From Octopus vulgaris (lineage: Eukaryota): DNA of 64,000 bases. Location: contig OX597814.1 of NCBI GenBank assembly GCA_951406725.2, positions 73,098,001-73,162,000 of the forward strand, written 5' to 3'. Within the stretch, counting starts at the first letter, position 1. Every line of letters begins with the position of its first letter. The translations under genes were made by a program, and so were the position numbers. The notes beneath the pieces are model-generated. The model saw nothing but the letters and a program-made list of their open reading frames with translations, had not been told where the DNA came from and did no database searches. Of the stretch, positions 54,844 to 64,000 are shown one piece after another.

Positions 54844-55794
54844 GAATGAAGCCAGTATGATCCGATGGATGTGTAATGTCAGTGTGCATACTTGACAGAG
54901 TGTAAGTACCTTGAGAGAAAAGTTGGACCTAAGAAGCATTAGATGTGGTGTGCAAGAGAGATGACTGCACTGGCATGGTCATGTGGTGACAATGGATGAC
55001 GATAGCTGTGTGAAAAAGTGCCACACCTTAGTGGTTGAGGGAACCTGTGGAAGATGTAGACCCAGGAAGACCTGGGATGAAGTGGTGAAGCACAACCTTC
55101 GAACATTAGGCCTCACCAAGGAAATGACTAGTGACCGAGACCTTTGGAAATATGCTGTGCTCGAGAAAACCCGGCAAGCCAAATGAGACCATAACCTGTG
55201 GCCTATGCCAGGAGCGTAACCAGCCCGCTTATGCATACCTTTTTCTTCTTTGGTCACTAAACTCTGCTTGCGAAGACCTGTTGAGGCAAGTGAAATAAAA
55301 ATCAAAATCAATTCGATGACTTGCATCCGTGCTAGCGGGGTGCAAAGAGCACCATACAAGTGTGATCATTGACAGAGCGGCTAGTCGAGTATGATCGTTA
55401 CCAGCGTCGCCTTACTGGCACTTATGCCTGTGCCAGTAGGGTGCCAAGAGCACCATCCGAGCATGATCGTGCCAGAGCAGCCAACTGGCTTCCGTACCCG
55501 TGGCACATAAAAGGGCACCATTCGAGCGTGATTGTTACCAACGTCACTTCACTGGCACATGTAAAAAGATTCGAGCAAGGTCATTGCCAGTACCGCCTGA
55601 CTGGCCCCCATGCTGGTGGCACGTAAAAAGCACCCACTACACTCTCGGAGTGGTTGGCGTTAGGAAGGGCATCCAGCTGTAGAAACTCTGCCAGATCAAG
55701 TTTGGAGACTGGTGCAGCCATCTGGTTCGCCAGCCCTCAGTCAAAATCGTCCAACCCATGCTAGCATGGAAAGCGGACGTTAAACGATGATGAT

Positions 55795-55825
<31 letters not shown>

Positions 55826-58800
55826 TATATGTATACTTAGTGGAGGTTCTCTATGTGTTTGTATCAATTTTCCAGATGGTTTTGCAAATTTTGGTATTTC
55901 CACAAGAATTTTTAGTGTATTTTAACAAGACTACATTTTAACAAGACTACATTTTAACAAGTCAACTACTAATTTAGATCAGTAAATATTTTCATAAAAT
56001 AGCTGGAGGTAAGTAGAATAAAGGAACAGCAGAATAGCTGTAAAAGAATCTACTAATGTATAATTCTCTTGTGTTTTTGTCCGTCACAAGAGATGACTGA
56101 TGAAGGAAGGGGTGATGACAAACTGAACGGTGTCTGTGTGTGTATATGTATAGTGGATTGGCTACACACATTGGTTGTCATGATTATGTGGATGTTTGTG
56201 TGTTGTATGTGTGTATATGTGTGTGTCTGTGTGTGTGTGTAAAATATATTTATATATGATATTTGAGTGAGTGTATATGAGTTCATGTATGTTTATTTAG
56301 AAAGATACATAGAAAATAGAAGTACAGACACACACGCATTTACACATACATATATATATAAACAGACACACTTAAAAAGGAAGGAAGGGGGCTGTGACAA
56401 AGTATAGAATATTGCATTCGCTACAGACTGTGCTACTCATACATATGCACACAAAAACACAGAATTGAAGTGCTGCTTGATTTTTTTTTCCCACTGTTTT
56501 GTACCCTTTTTATATATAGAATATTACAATTAACTGTCATTTTTGACAGCATGGAGTCAGCTATTTATAAATAATGACCTTGCATTAAGAAGTTGATTCA
56601 TATTCTCAGCAATATTATGCCTCTCTTACTAATTAGATTTTAGTTATAAAAATCTTTAAAAATGAGCATCAGCATACATAAAAGCTAAGGTAGAATTAAA
56701 TATGTGACAAGAAAAAACATAAGTGGACAACTATTATTTTGTCATAACTGTGGAAAATGATTCCCAGCATGTTTCTTTCAATGAAAACATTATTTGATGA
56801 GTAATATTTAGTAATTGACTAAGGTGGCAAGCTGGCAGGATTGTAAGCATGTGGGCAAAATGCTTAGTTTATGTCCTGAATTCAAGGTCGACTTTGGCTT
56901 TCATCCTTTCAGAGTTGATAAAATAAGTAGCAGTTGAGCAGAGGGGTCAGTGTAACTGATTTAACCCCTCTTACAAAATTTCTGGCCTAGTGCCAAAATT
57001 TTAAACCAACATTTTGTAAATGGCTAATTTTATTATTTTTCTCATTCCCCATTAAACTTTTTATTTCACCATATATTACATATACTGATAGTTATATCCC
57101 TCAGTTGGCATCCATGAATTATATAATTTCTAAAATCTGTGAAAGCTTAGATGAGTGGTGTCAGTAGAAATTAAGCTAACAAGATAAATTGATACTCAGA
57201 ATAAGCATACAAATTAGTTTCAAACTTAACTAAATGATTCTGAAACCTTATTTAGAGATTGCTACAACATATTTACACTGAACTGTCCATTCTCATCCAC
57301 CACTTATAAAATCTTCCTGTTTGCTGGAAAGTGGTGGATAAAGGATTCTAGCTTCAACTTCTAGCACTTTACTTTTGTCCACTAAGTTACTTCCTTTGTA
57401 TTTGTTAAGCTATCCAATGTAGTACAACAGTATCCAGCTATACAAAATACTGAAGCAGAATATATATTTTTTTTCATTGTCGTGTATATTAAGGCTGGAC
57501 ATGATATTTCACTGCACTTTCTTTAATTTAGCAAGCCATAAAATAATTTTTAGGAAGTTAATTGCAACAGACTTATGTCATATCCCCAGTGAAATTTATC
57601 TCACATCAGCTTCACATTAATCATCATCATCATTGTTGTTTAACGTCCATTTTCCATGCTGGTATGGGTTGGATGGTTTGACTGAGGGCTAGCAAGCCAG
57701 ATGGCTGCACCAGGCTCCAATCTGATCTAGCAAAGTTTCTACAGCTGAGAATGTAATGAGTGCTTTTTACGTGCTACCGGCATGAGGGCCAGTCAGGTGG
57801 TAATGGCAACCACACTTGAATGGTGCTTTTTATGTGCCACCGACACGGGAGCCAGTCAGGCAGTACAGTCATTGGCCATGACAATGACTTCACTTGACTC
57901 GACAGGTCTTCGCAAGCGCAGTTTATTGCCCAAGGTTCTTAAATGGGCCAGTTATGCTGCACTGGCATACACCATGGTTACGGTCTCACTTGGCTTGCTG
58001 GGTCTTCTCAAGCACAGCATATCTCAAAAGGTCTCAGTCACTTGTTATTGCCTCCATGAGGCCCTATGTTTGAAGGTTGTGCTTCACCACTTCATCCCAG
58101 GTCTTCCTCGGTCCACCTCTTTCACAGGTTCTCTCTTCTGCTAGGGTGTGACACTTTTTCATACAGCTGTCCTCATCCATATACAACACATGACCATAAC
58201 AGCACAGTCATCTCTCTTGCACACAACATCTGATGCTTCTTATGTCTCAGAGTGCTCACACTCTGTCATGTATGCACACTGACATTATATATCCAGCAGA
58301 GCATATTAGCTTCATTCCTTGCAATCTTATACACCTCCTCAGCAGTCATGGCCCATGTTTCACTGTTATGTAGCATGGCTGTTTGCACGCAAGTGTCATA
58401 CAATCTACCTTTTACTCTGAGTGAGAGGCCGTTTGTCACCAGCAAAGGTAGGAGCTCTCTGAACTTTGCCCAGGCTATTCTTATTCTAGCAGCTACGCTC
58501 TCAGAGCATGCACCCTTGTTACTGACTTGGTCACCTAGGTAATGGAAGCTATCAACAACTACTTATAGTTTTTTCCCCTGGAAAGTGACGGAAACTGTTT
58601 TCTACACATTTTCAGTGTTTATTGCACCTGAGCATTTGCCACACACAAAAATTATCCTCCCAGTTAGCTTTCCTTTGATATTGCTGCACCTCTTATATGT
58701 CCATAGCTTACACCGGGTTCATCATATGGAGTTTCTACCTATGTCTTTTCTACAAGCAAGGCCATCTACCTGAAGGGATTTGTGAGTTGTCTGCCTTCCT

Positions 58801-61800
58801 ACTTGTTAAGACTTTGGTTTTTGCTAGATTGACTCTAAGGCCCTTCAATTCTAGACCTTGCTTCCACACCTGAAACTTCTCTAGTTTTTATAATGACTCA
58901 GCTATAGAGAAGCTCCCAAGGGCATCCTGTCATGAATTGCTTGGAGGACTATGATGAATAAGAGGGGGCTGAGGACTGATCCTTGGTGGACCCCTACCCC
59001 TACCTGGAATTCTTCACTATACTCATTGCCAACCCTTACCTTACTGATAGCATCCCTGTACATGGCTTGTATGGCTCTCACTAATCACTCATCTATTCCT
59101 AGTTTCCACATTGACCACCAGATAAGGGATTGAGGGACCCTGTCAAAGGCTTTCTCCATCTCAATGAAAGCCAGGTACAGAGGTATCCTTGGATAGGCAT
59201 TTCTCCTGCAGCTGTCTTACCAAAAATATAGCATCAGTGGTGCTTTTTCCTGGCACAAACCCAAACTGTATCTCGTCTAAACTAACTCTCTCCCTAATTA
59301 GTTGGGCTATGACCCTCTCTGTGACTTTCATTACCTGATTCAACAACTTGATACCTCTGTAATTATTCATACCTAATGTAGCAGTTTACAATGGTGCCGC
59401 TACACCAGTCATTGGGTATGACTCCTTCATGTATCACCTGGTTGACTATATGGGTGACTAGACTATAGCCGACACTGCCAGATATTTTAAGCATCTCTGC
59501 GGTGATTCCTGATGGACCAGAGGCTTTCCCTGTCTTCATACCCTTAATTGCTTTATCAACCAAGGTACTGCCAATTAGGATAGCTGTTTCTTTTCCTTAA
59601 TAGCTCTGTCAACTACATTGTTCCACCACCACGTTACGTTGGGTCAAGAGATGATTTTGCGCCATCCACAGATCTGGTCAGTAGCCCTCAACAGGTTGTT
59701 CTGTAGGAACCTCCAGTTGTCTTCCACATCATGTGATGCTATATCCTCCTCTATTTTGTCAAAAGCTTCGAGTAATATGTCTCTAAATTTCTGTCCATTC
59801 GCAAGACCCTTAAGCTTCCAGACCATTCTCTGTGCTGGTTGTCTTCTGGGCATCCATCTAGCCCTGATCCTGAATTCGCTAACAACTCATCTATGTTGTG
59901 GGGTGCATTCTTCACCTGGGAAGGTTTTGGCATTTATAAGTAGCCATCCTTCCCATTTCCTGGTGAGGATGTAGTCAATTTGATTAGTGTGTTCACCAGA
60001 TCGGTAGGTGAATAGGTGACTGGCAGGTTTCCTGGTGTTAGTATTATAAACGATAACATCATTTGCATCGCAGAACTCCAGCAGCCTGGTCCCCTCCTCA
60101 TTGGGGGAACCAAAACCATAGCCTCCATGGAAGCCCCTTGCATGTTGTCCAACATGCCCAATGAAGTTGCCAGCAAAGAGAAGGTCCCTGTCATTCATCA
60201 ATGAGGTAGTCTGCAAGAGGGTGTCATAAAATCGGTCTTTCTGTTCACCAGGTAGCCCTGGCTGAGGGGCATAAGCCAAAATAATGGTTGCTAATCCATG
60301 TTGCAACACTAATTTAATCTTAAGTATTCTATCACAGACTCTGACTACTTCAGTTACCTTATCAAATCATTTCTCTGCAAGAAGTATACCCACACACCCG
60401 GCCCCATCAGTGTTCCCTGGCCAGAAAATCTTATACCTATGTTCTTTGCCTGTGAGGAAACTAGCAGAACTTCCTCTCCACCTTGCTTATTGGATGCAGC
60501 ACATATCGACACATCTACGTTGAAGCACCTCAACAATCTAACCAGACCTACTTTTCAGTGTGCCACCTCTGAGGGTGTGGGCCTGTGAGACCCTGGGATG
60601 GGGACTGCTCGCATTTGGCAGAACTCATAAACTTACAATAGCCTTCAACCTGCATACACTACACCATCATTTTATGTGCTACATAACCACTACACTACAT
60701 AGGATATAAACCCCATCATAACTACTTAATGGTAATTAAATGATAATTATAATTACACAAATGATATCTATGATTGCTGAATTGAATACTAAAATTATTT
60801 AAATGATGATTATAGTTATTCAAATAATAATTAAATTACTTAAATCATCATCATCATCATCATTTAACGTCCGCTTTCCATGCTAGCATGGGTTGGACGG
60901 TTCAACTGGGGTCTGGGGAGCCCGAAGGCTGCACCAGGCCAGTCGGATCTGGCAGTGTTTCTACAGCTGGATGCCCTTCCTAACGCCAACCACTATGAGA
61001 GTGTAGTGGGTGATTTGATGTGCCACCGACACAGGTGCCAGACGAGGCTGGCAGACGGCCACGCTCGGATGGTGTTTTTTATGTGCCACCGACACAGGTG
61101 CCAGATGAGACTGGCAAACGGCCACGATCGGATGGTGTTTGTTACGTGCCCACAGCATGGAGGCCAGTCGATGCGGTACTGGCTACGGCCACGTTCGGAT
61201 GGTTTTCTTATGTGCCACCGGCACTGGTACCACAAAGATACAAATTCCATTAAATGTTAATGATAATTACTTACCGATGACTTGAAGGGTCTTGTTTGAT
61301 GATAATGCTTCTGCCAGCTGTTTGGCTCCATGATGGGTGACCTGGTTATTTCTGATATCAAGTCGCCTGAGGTTGCAGTTAGCTTGAAGACCATCACAAA
61401 ATACAATGAACGGTGTTTCTAGTATGCCAAGGTCATTCCATTCAAGGCAAATACTTGATGCAGGAGGATATAAAATTCATTTTGTAAATAACAAAGTGAT
61501 GCTTAACACAATCTGTTTAAATAATTAGTGTTTACATCAGGCTGTCACACTACCATTAAATATATTTCTTATTGGTGCTGCTAGTGAAGATGACAATGGC
61601 TGTGAAACTGATGAAAATGATGATGGTGGCTGCAGTAAGGATGATGCTAGGTAAAATTATGACAATAAATTATCTAATTTTTGTGAAATAATGAACCTTT
61701 TATTACATAGGCTACAAATTATTGTTGTTATTTTAGTAGTTTCAACCATTTCTGATTTAGTCAATTTTTCTTCGAGTAGTAGTGCCTTATGTGAAAATTT

Positions 61801-63353
61801 ACCATAACTTACAGAAATTGTCTATGGACTGAGTTTCCAACTACTGTCTGTGTCTTTGCTGCAGACTTAAATTAAGAAGCTAAATATGTTTTATCATTTT
61901 AAATACTTTACTGTGAATAATAGGAAAACTATTTTCATACTACCCAGTTTCTGTTTTCCTTTAAAATCAATATTTTTTTAATGGTTTATTTAAAACATGT
62001 CAAGTAAATAGTCTAAAATTTATGTCAATTTAAGGAACATCTAAATTGATTTTCATTAGTAGCCACTATATTTAGCTGAAGATGATACTAGGTTTGACTG
62101 ACTTGAATCACTGCCTCTTATTTTCAGCAGTTTTTTGTCTATAATGAAGCTTATCCCAAAATAGCATATGCTTTCTGTTCTCACAGCATAACATTTTTGA
62201 CGGCATTTCCTTAGCTCCAATCAGAATCTAATGTGACATATTTAATAATTAGGGGTCATACAGTTTGTCCTTTGTAAATCTTATTGCAAATCGATGGAAT
62301 GATACAGATACAATTTTTCAATTCTTTCATCTCTTAAACTGGTTTAATGCTGGTGATATACTATGGAATGCAGTGTTATTCATGAACACCTATTCTGCTG
62401 TTATTTTGACCAGAAATACATTGTATATTCCTAGCCAGATCATTACAATAAAACAGAGCCACAGTGGATTCTGCTTTTATTTCAATCTGATCTTTGTGAG
62501 TGGATAGAGGTGTTAGGTATTGTGCTGAGCTTTAATTTTCCAAAATGTCCTAAAAATATGTAGTAAATCAAATTTTAAGTCAATAAATAAGAATTTAGCT
62601 CCTTGACTACAGATTAACTCTAATAAATTATTTGAACCTAATCTTTACAATGTGATTTTTAAGACTTTGTTTTTTAGCTATGAGAATATTCTAAATTGAC
62701 CCTGGGAATATAATTTTGTAATTTTGTTATCTCCATATCTAAATGAACATGTGTTTAAGAAAAAATCTGAAATACTGAAATTCTAAAATTCAAGATCAGT
62801 CATGAGGACGGAATATATAAGATACCAGGGTATAAGAGATGGATATATGGCTTAGGAATAGCATTTTAAACTGAACCTAATATGTACAGATTTTTTGTAT
62901 GCCTCTTGTCTCATGCATTTCCTGCTAGATGTGAGATAGGCCATAAGTTATCCCAGTTTGCACAACATTAAGGATTTGGAAAACATTTTTCTTGGGCATA
63001 GCTGAGCACATTAATTATAATAATCAAACAGTTACATATCAGTTACCTGACAAAAGGTACCTGTTTACAGATGAATGGAGAAAGCGTACATATTTTAATC
63101 ACTCTTGGAAATGCAGCCACCATCTAGCTGATATTTAAATAAAAACAAGGTTCAAAAGTACTACTATTCATTCAAAAAGTAGAGAGCAACATTTCAATAG
63201 CTTATAGAATTTTTTTTGTTCCTTATATTCCTATAGTCAGTAAAAGGGTTATTGAATAATCAAACAGAAAAAGAAAATTCACCTGGTCAAACAGTTGTTG
63301 TTGCGAAGCATGTATCCCAAACTTTCAACAGTGTTACCTCTTATTTGATTTCC
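40205..63353 (-). CDS. LRRC45: LRRC45 orthologue (leucine-rich repeat + coiled-coil centrosome/linker protein), internal part: 7 exons
   Basis: Seven AG/GT-bounded, phase-compatible exons join into one frame ([68 protein letters not shown]..coiled coil). This is colinear with human LRRC45 as I recall it. Confidence 0.9.
41092..41877. mobile_element. Non-autonomous long-TIR (foldback) DNA element, Merlin-like
   Basis: ~280 bp TIRs beginning GGTTCTTTTCC and ending GGAAAAGATCC; exact 8-bp TSD GAAAGCTT (41084-41091, 41878-41885); CCCTAA-like repeats at the inner TIR ends. GG termini with an 8-bp TSD fit Merlin (superfamily is inference). Confidence 0.85.
42108..42185 (-). CDS. LRRC45: LRRC45 exon (NSGHQLMQLKETLKEKNQAFNELFS)
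   Basis: 78 nt, TTTTCAG acceptor, GTAAGT donor, phase-compatible. Confidence 0.85.
42768..42988. mobile_element. piggyBac-type MITE
   Basis: TCCTTTTGACACCA ... TGGTAACAAAAGAG-TTAA; TIR related to the 38307-39392 element. Confidence 0.65.
43052..43232. mobile_element. Degenerate TTAA-type MITE
   Basis: CTTTAGCATT ... AATGCAAAAGGG-TTAA. Confidence 0.45.
43574..43789 (+). mobile_element. tRNA-derived SINE
   Basis: A-box-like GCTGGCAGAATCATTAG, B-box-like GTTCAAATT, and core GTCGACTTTGCCTTT..GTACCA shared with other copies. 16-bp TSD ATATATACCTGATAAA (43557-43572, 43791-43806). Confidence 0.85.
43885..44235 (+). mobile_element. Nested SINEs: a full copy (43949-44140) inserted into an older copy of the same family
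   Basis: The outer copy is split at AATAAA(G/C)TAAAGTAC, which is duplicated on both sides of the inner copy. Confidence 0.75.
44357..44415 (-). CDS. LRRC45: LRRC45 exon (VLNLMDKLSCTQEYLNHEK)
   Basis: 59 nt, CAG acceptor, GTAATT donor, phase-compatible. Confidence 0.82.
44764..44970 (-). mobile_element. 3' LTR (207 bp) of a Gypsy element
   Basis: Termini TGTTGTG...CACAACA. Polypurine tract AAAGGGGGAGA lies immediately upstream on the minus strand (44971-44981). Confidence 0.8.
45112..45320 (+). mobile_element. tRNA-derived SINE inserted in the Gypsy 3' region
   Basis: Same family core GCCTTCCATCCTTTCAGGGTTGATAAATTAAGTACCAG; TSD TTATTTCTAAG. Confidence 0.85.
45357..48637 (+). mobile_element. 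RTE-clade LINE, 5'-truncated, inserted in the Gypsy remnant
   Basis: APE C-terminus (DYIL..QHRLV), RT (GKAPGPSG, NYRGIKLL, FIDMEKAFDRVPR, GVHQGSVLSPLLF, YADD), RRLRWYGHV..GRGRPRKTW, long repetitive 3' UTR and (GAT)n tail. Contains stops and a deletion. Confidence 0.95.
48638..50702 (-). mobile_element. Degenerate Ty3/Gypsy pol remnant (RT-RNase H-integrase)
   Basis: FQQVMD..YLDD at ~50630-50700, KCEF..YLG, VASDASDYG..YSQIEKEAL, YVYWP, RVHVDYAG; many stops and frameshifts. Confidence 0.9.
51187..51299 (-). CDS. LRRC45: LRRC45 exon (ESSLQCNQKLQLMKTNCKHKTHILCKQYRHLESENKKQ)
   Basis: 113 nt, TAG acceptor, GTAATT donor, phase-compatible. Confidence 0.85.
51407..52611 (+). mobile_element. RTE LINE 3' fragment
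   Basis: RLYDACVRTAMLH.SETW, GRPRKTW and RTE 3' tail. Confidence 0.9.
52624..53673 (-). mobile_element. Probable solo LTR (~1.05 kb)
   Basis: Imperfect inverted termini TGTAGGAATA / TACTGCTACA. The minus strand has CCAAT boxes (~53502, ~53561), TATATAA (~53431-53437) and AATAAA (~52798-52803) in LTR order. TSD is not exact. Confidence 0.6.
54579..54707 (-). CDS. LRRC45: LRRC45 exon ([43 protein letters not shown])
   Basis: 129 nt, TTTTCAG acceptor, GTATGT donor. Confidence 0.92.
54845..55794 (+). mobile_element. RTE LINE 3' fragment flanked by (ATT)n and (AAT)n
   Basis: Homologous to 47470-48637; (GAT)n tail. Confidence 0.9.
56821..57007 (+). mobile_element. tRNA-derived SINE, degenerate
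   Basis: Same head and core as 43574-43789. Confidence 0.78.
57621..60625 (-). mobile_element. RTE LINE, near full ORF span, degenerate
   Basis: APE (AYAPQ, IDYIL, QHR), RT (NYRGIKLL, QFGFVPGKSTTDAIF), C-terminus and (GAT)n tail on the minus strand; many stops and deletions. Confidence 0.92.
60845..61250 (-). mobile_element. RTE 3' UTR fragment ~25 bp from the LRRC45 exon donor
   Basis: (CAT)n then TTAACGTCCGCTTTCCATGCTAGCATGGG..GGATGCCCTTCCTAACGCCAACC, plus GTGCCACC repeats. Confidence 0.88.
61275..61453 (-). CDS. LRRC45: LRRC45 exon ([59 protein letters not shown])
   Basis: 179 nt, AAG acceptor, GTAAGT donor; RI-like LRRs. Confidence 0.92.
63283..63353 (-). CDS. LRRC45: LRRC45 exon (GNQIRGNTVESLGYMLRNNNCLT)
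   Basis: 71 nt, CAG acceptor, GTGAAT donor, phase 0 to 2. Confidence 0.88.
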
Positions 63354-63810
63354 CTGTGAAGACAAAAGACAAACAGTAACAAATAATAATTAAAAAAAGT
63401 AGACAGAATAATAGACTAGTTTTAGTAACTACTTCCAGCTTAAGATGCATGCTTTTCAATGTCTTTTTTTATGTACATATAGGAATATATGTTCATTTTA
63501 AATTATTAAACATTATGAGCCCTAATTAAAATAAAAATTAATAAAAATAGTGCTAAGTGGTTGATGACTTTATCTGAGAAACAAGTGAGATACTTGTAGA
63601 GATTGAATATGACAATCAAATACCTAATTTGAGAAATCAAGCTAGCATGTGTAACTGTAGTTGTAGTTCTTACTAAGCAAGAGATACATACATAGTTCAA
63701 GTCCAGTCAATGAGTCTGCTGTAGTTTTTAAGTCTCAATTAACTGCTTAAAATGTTTACTATTGATTACATTAATACCATATCTGTTAATTTATAGCATA
63801 AAGATATATA

Positions 63811-64000
63811 CAAGGTGGTATCAAAAAGTTCCCAGACTAGTTATGTTTAATAAAAAATAACTTGTGTACCTAAGTTTTAACATTATCTCCTGCAACAATT
63901 TACTGGTTCAAGGGTTCCTGCCACTTTTGGAATCTGGCCTAAAATTCATTTTCCATGAGTTGAGGACTTTCAGCAATTCGCTTTTGATCATGACAACGGT
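63811..64000. mobile_element. Probable mariner-like element end
   Basis: TA followed by CAAGGTGGTATCAAAAAGTTCCCAGACT, which resembles mariner TIRs. The other end is outside the window. Confidence 0.5.

Noticed and set aside
57295-57339. 11-bp inverted repeat ATCCACCACTT/AAGTGGTGGAT as a possible pre-miRNA
   Set aside because: Stem too short and asymmetric; no other support.

Overview
Eukaryotic, AT-rich, repeat-dense animal DNA. The repeat families suggest an octopus/coleoid cephalopod (inference, not a database result). The window has two compartments. (1) 1-33.6 kb: multi-kb (TA)n arrays carrying near-identical copies of one CR1/L2-group LINE whose 3' tails run directly into (TA)n, two related LINE families, two Neptune-type Penelope-like elements (RT + GIY-YIG) with hammerhead-like motifs, and a non-coding 363-nt-unit partial tandem repeat with a well-formed type I hammerhead ribozyme (U3-A8 core variant; retrozyme/circRNA-like). 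A 100-N gap and visibly noisy sequence lie at 29.8-33.4 kb. (2) 33.6-64 kb: seven minus-strand coding exons of an LRRC45 orthologue, with introns filled by RTE LINEs, tRNA-type SINEs, a Gypsy remnant, a solo LTR, piggyBac derivatives, a long-TIR foldback element and a mariner end. The very long YIYI ORFs in the track are microsatellite artefacts. The best novelty candidates are the hammerhead retrozyme at 22470-23074 and the apparent (TA)n-targeted retroelement community around it.
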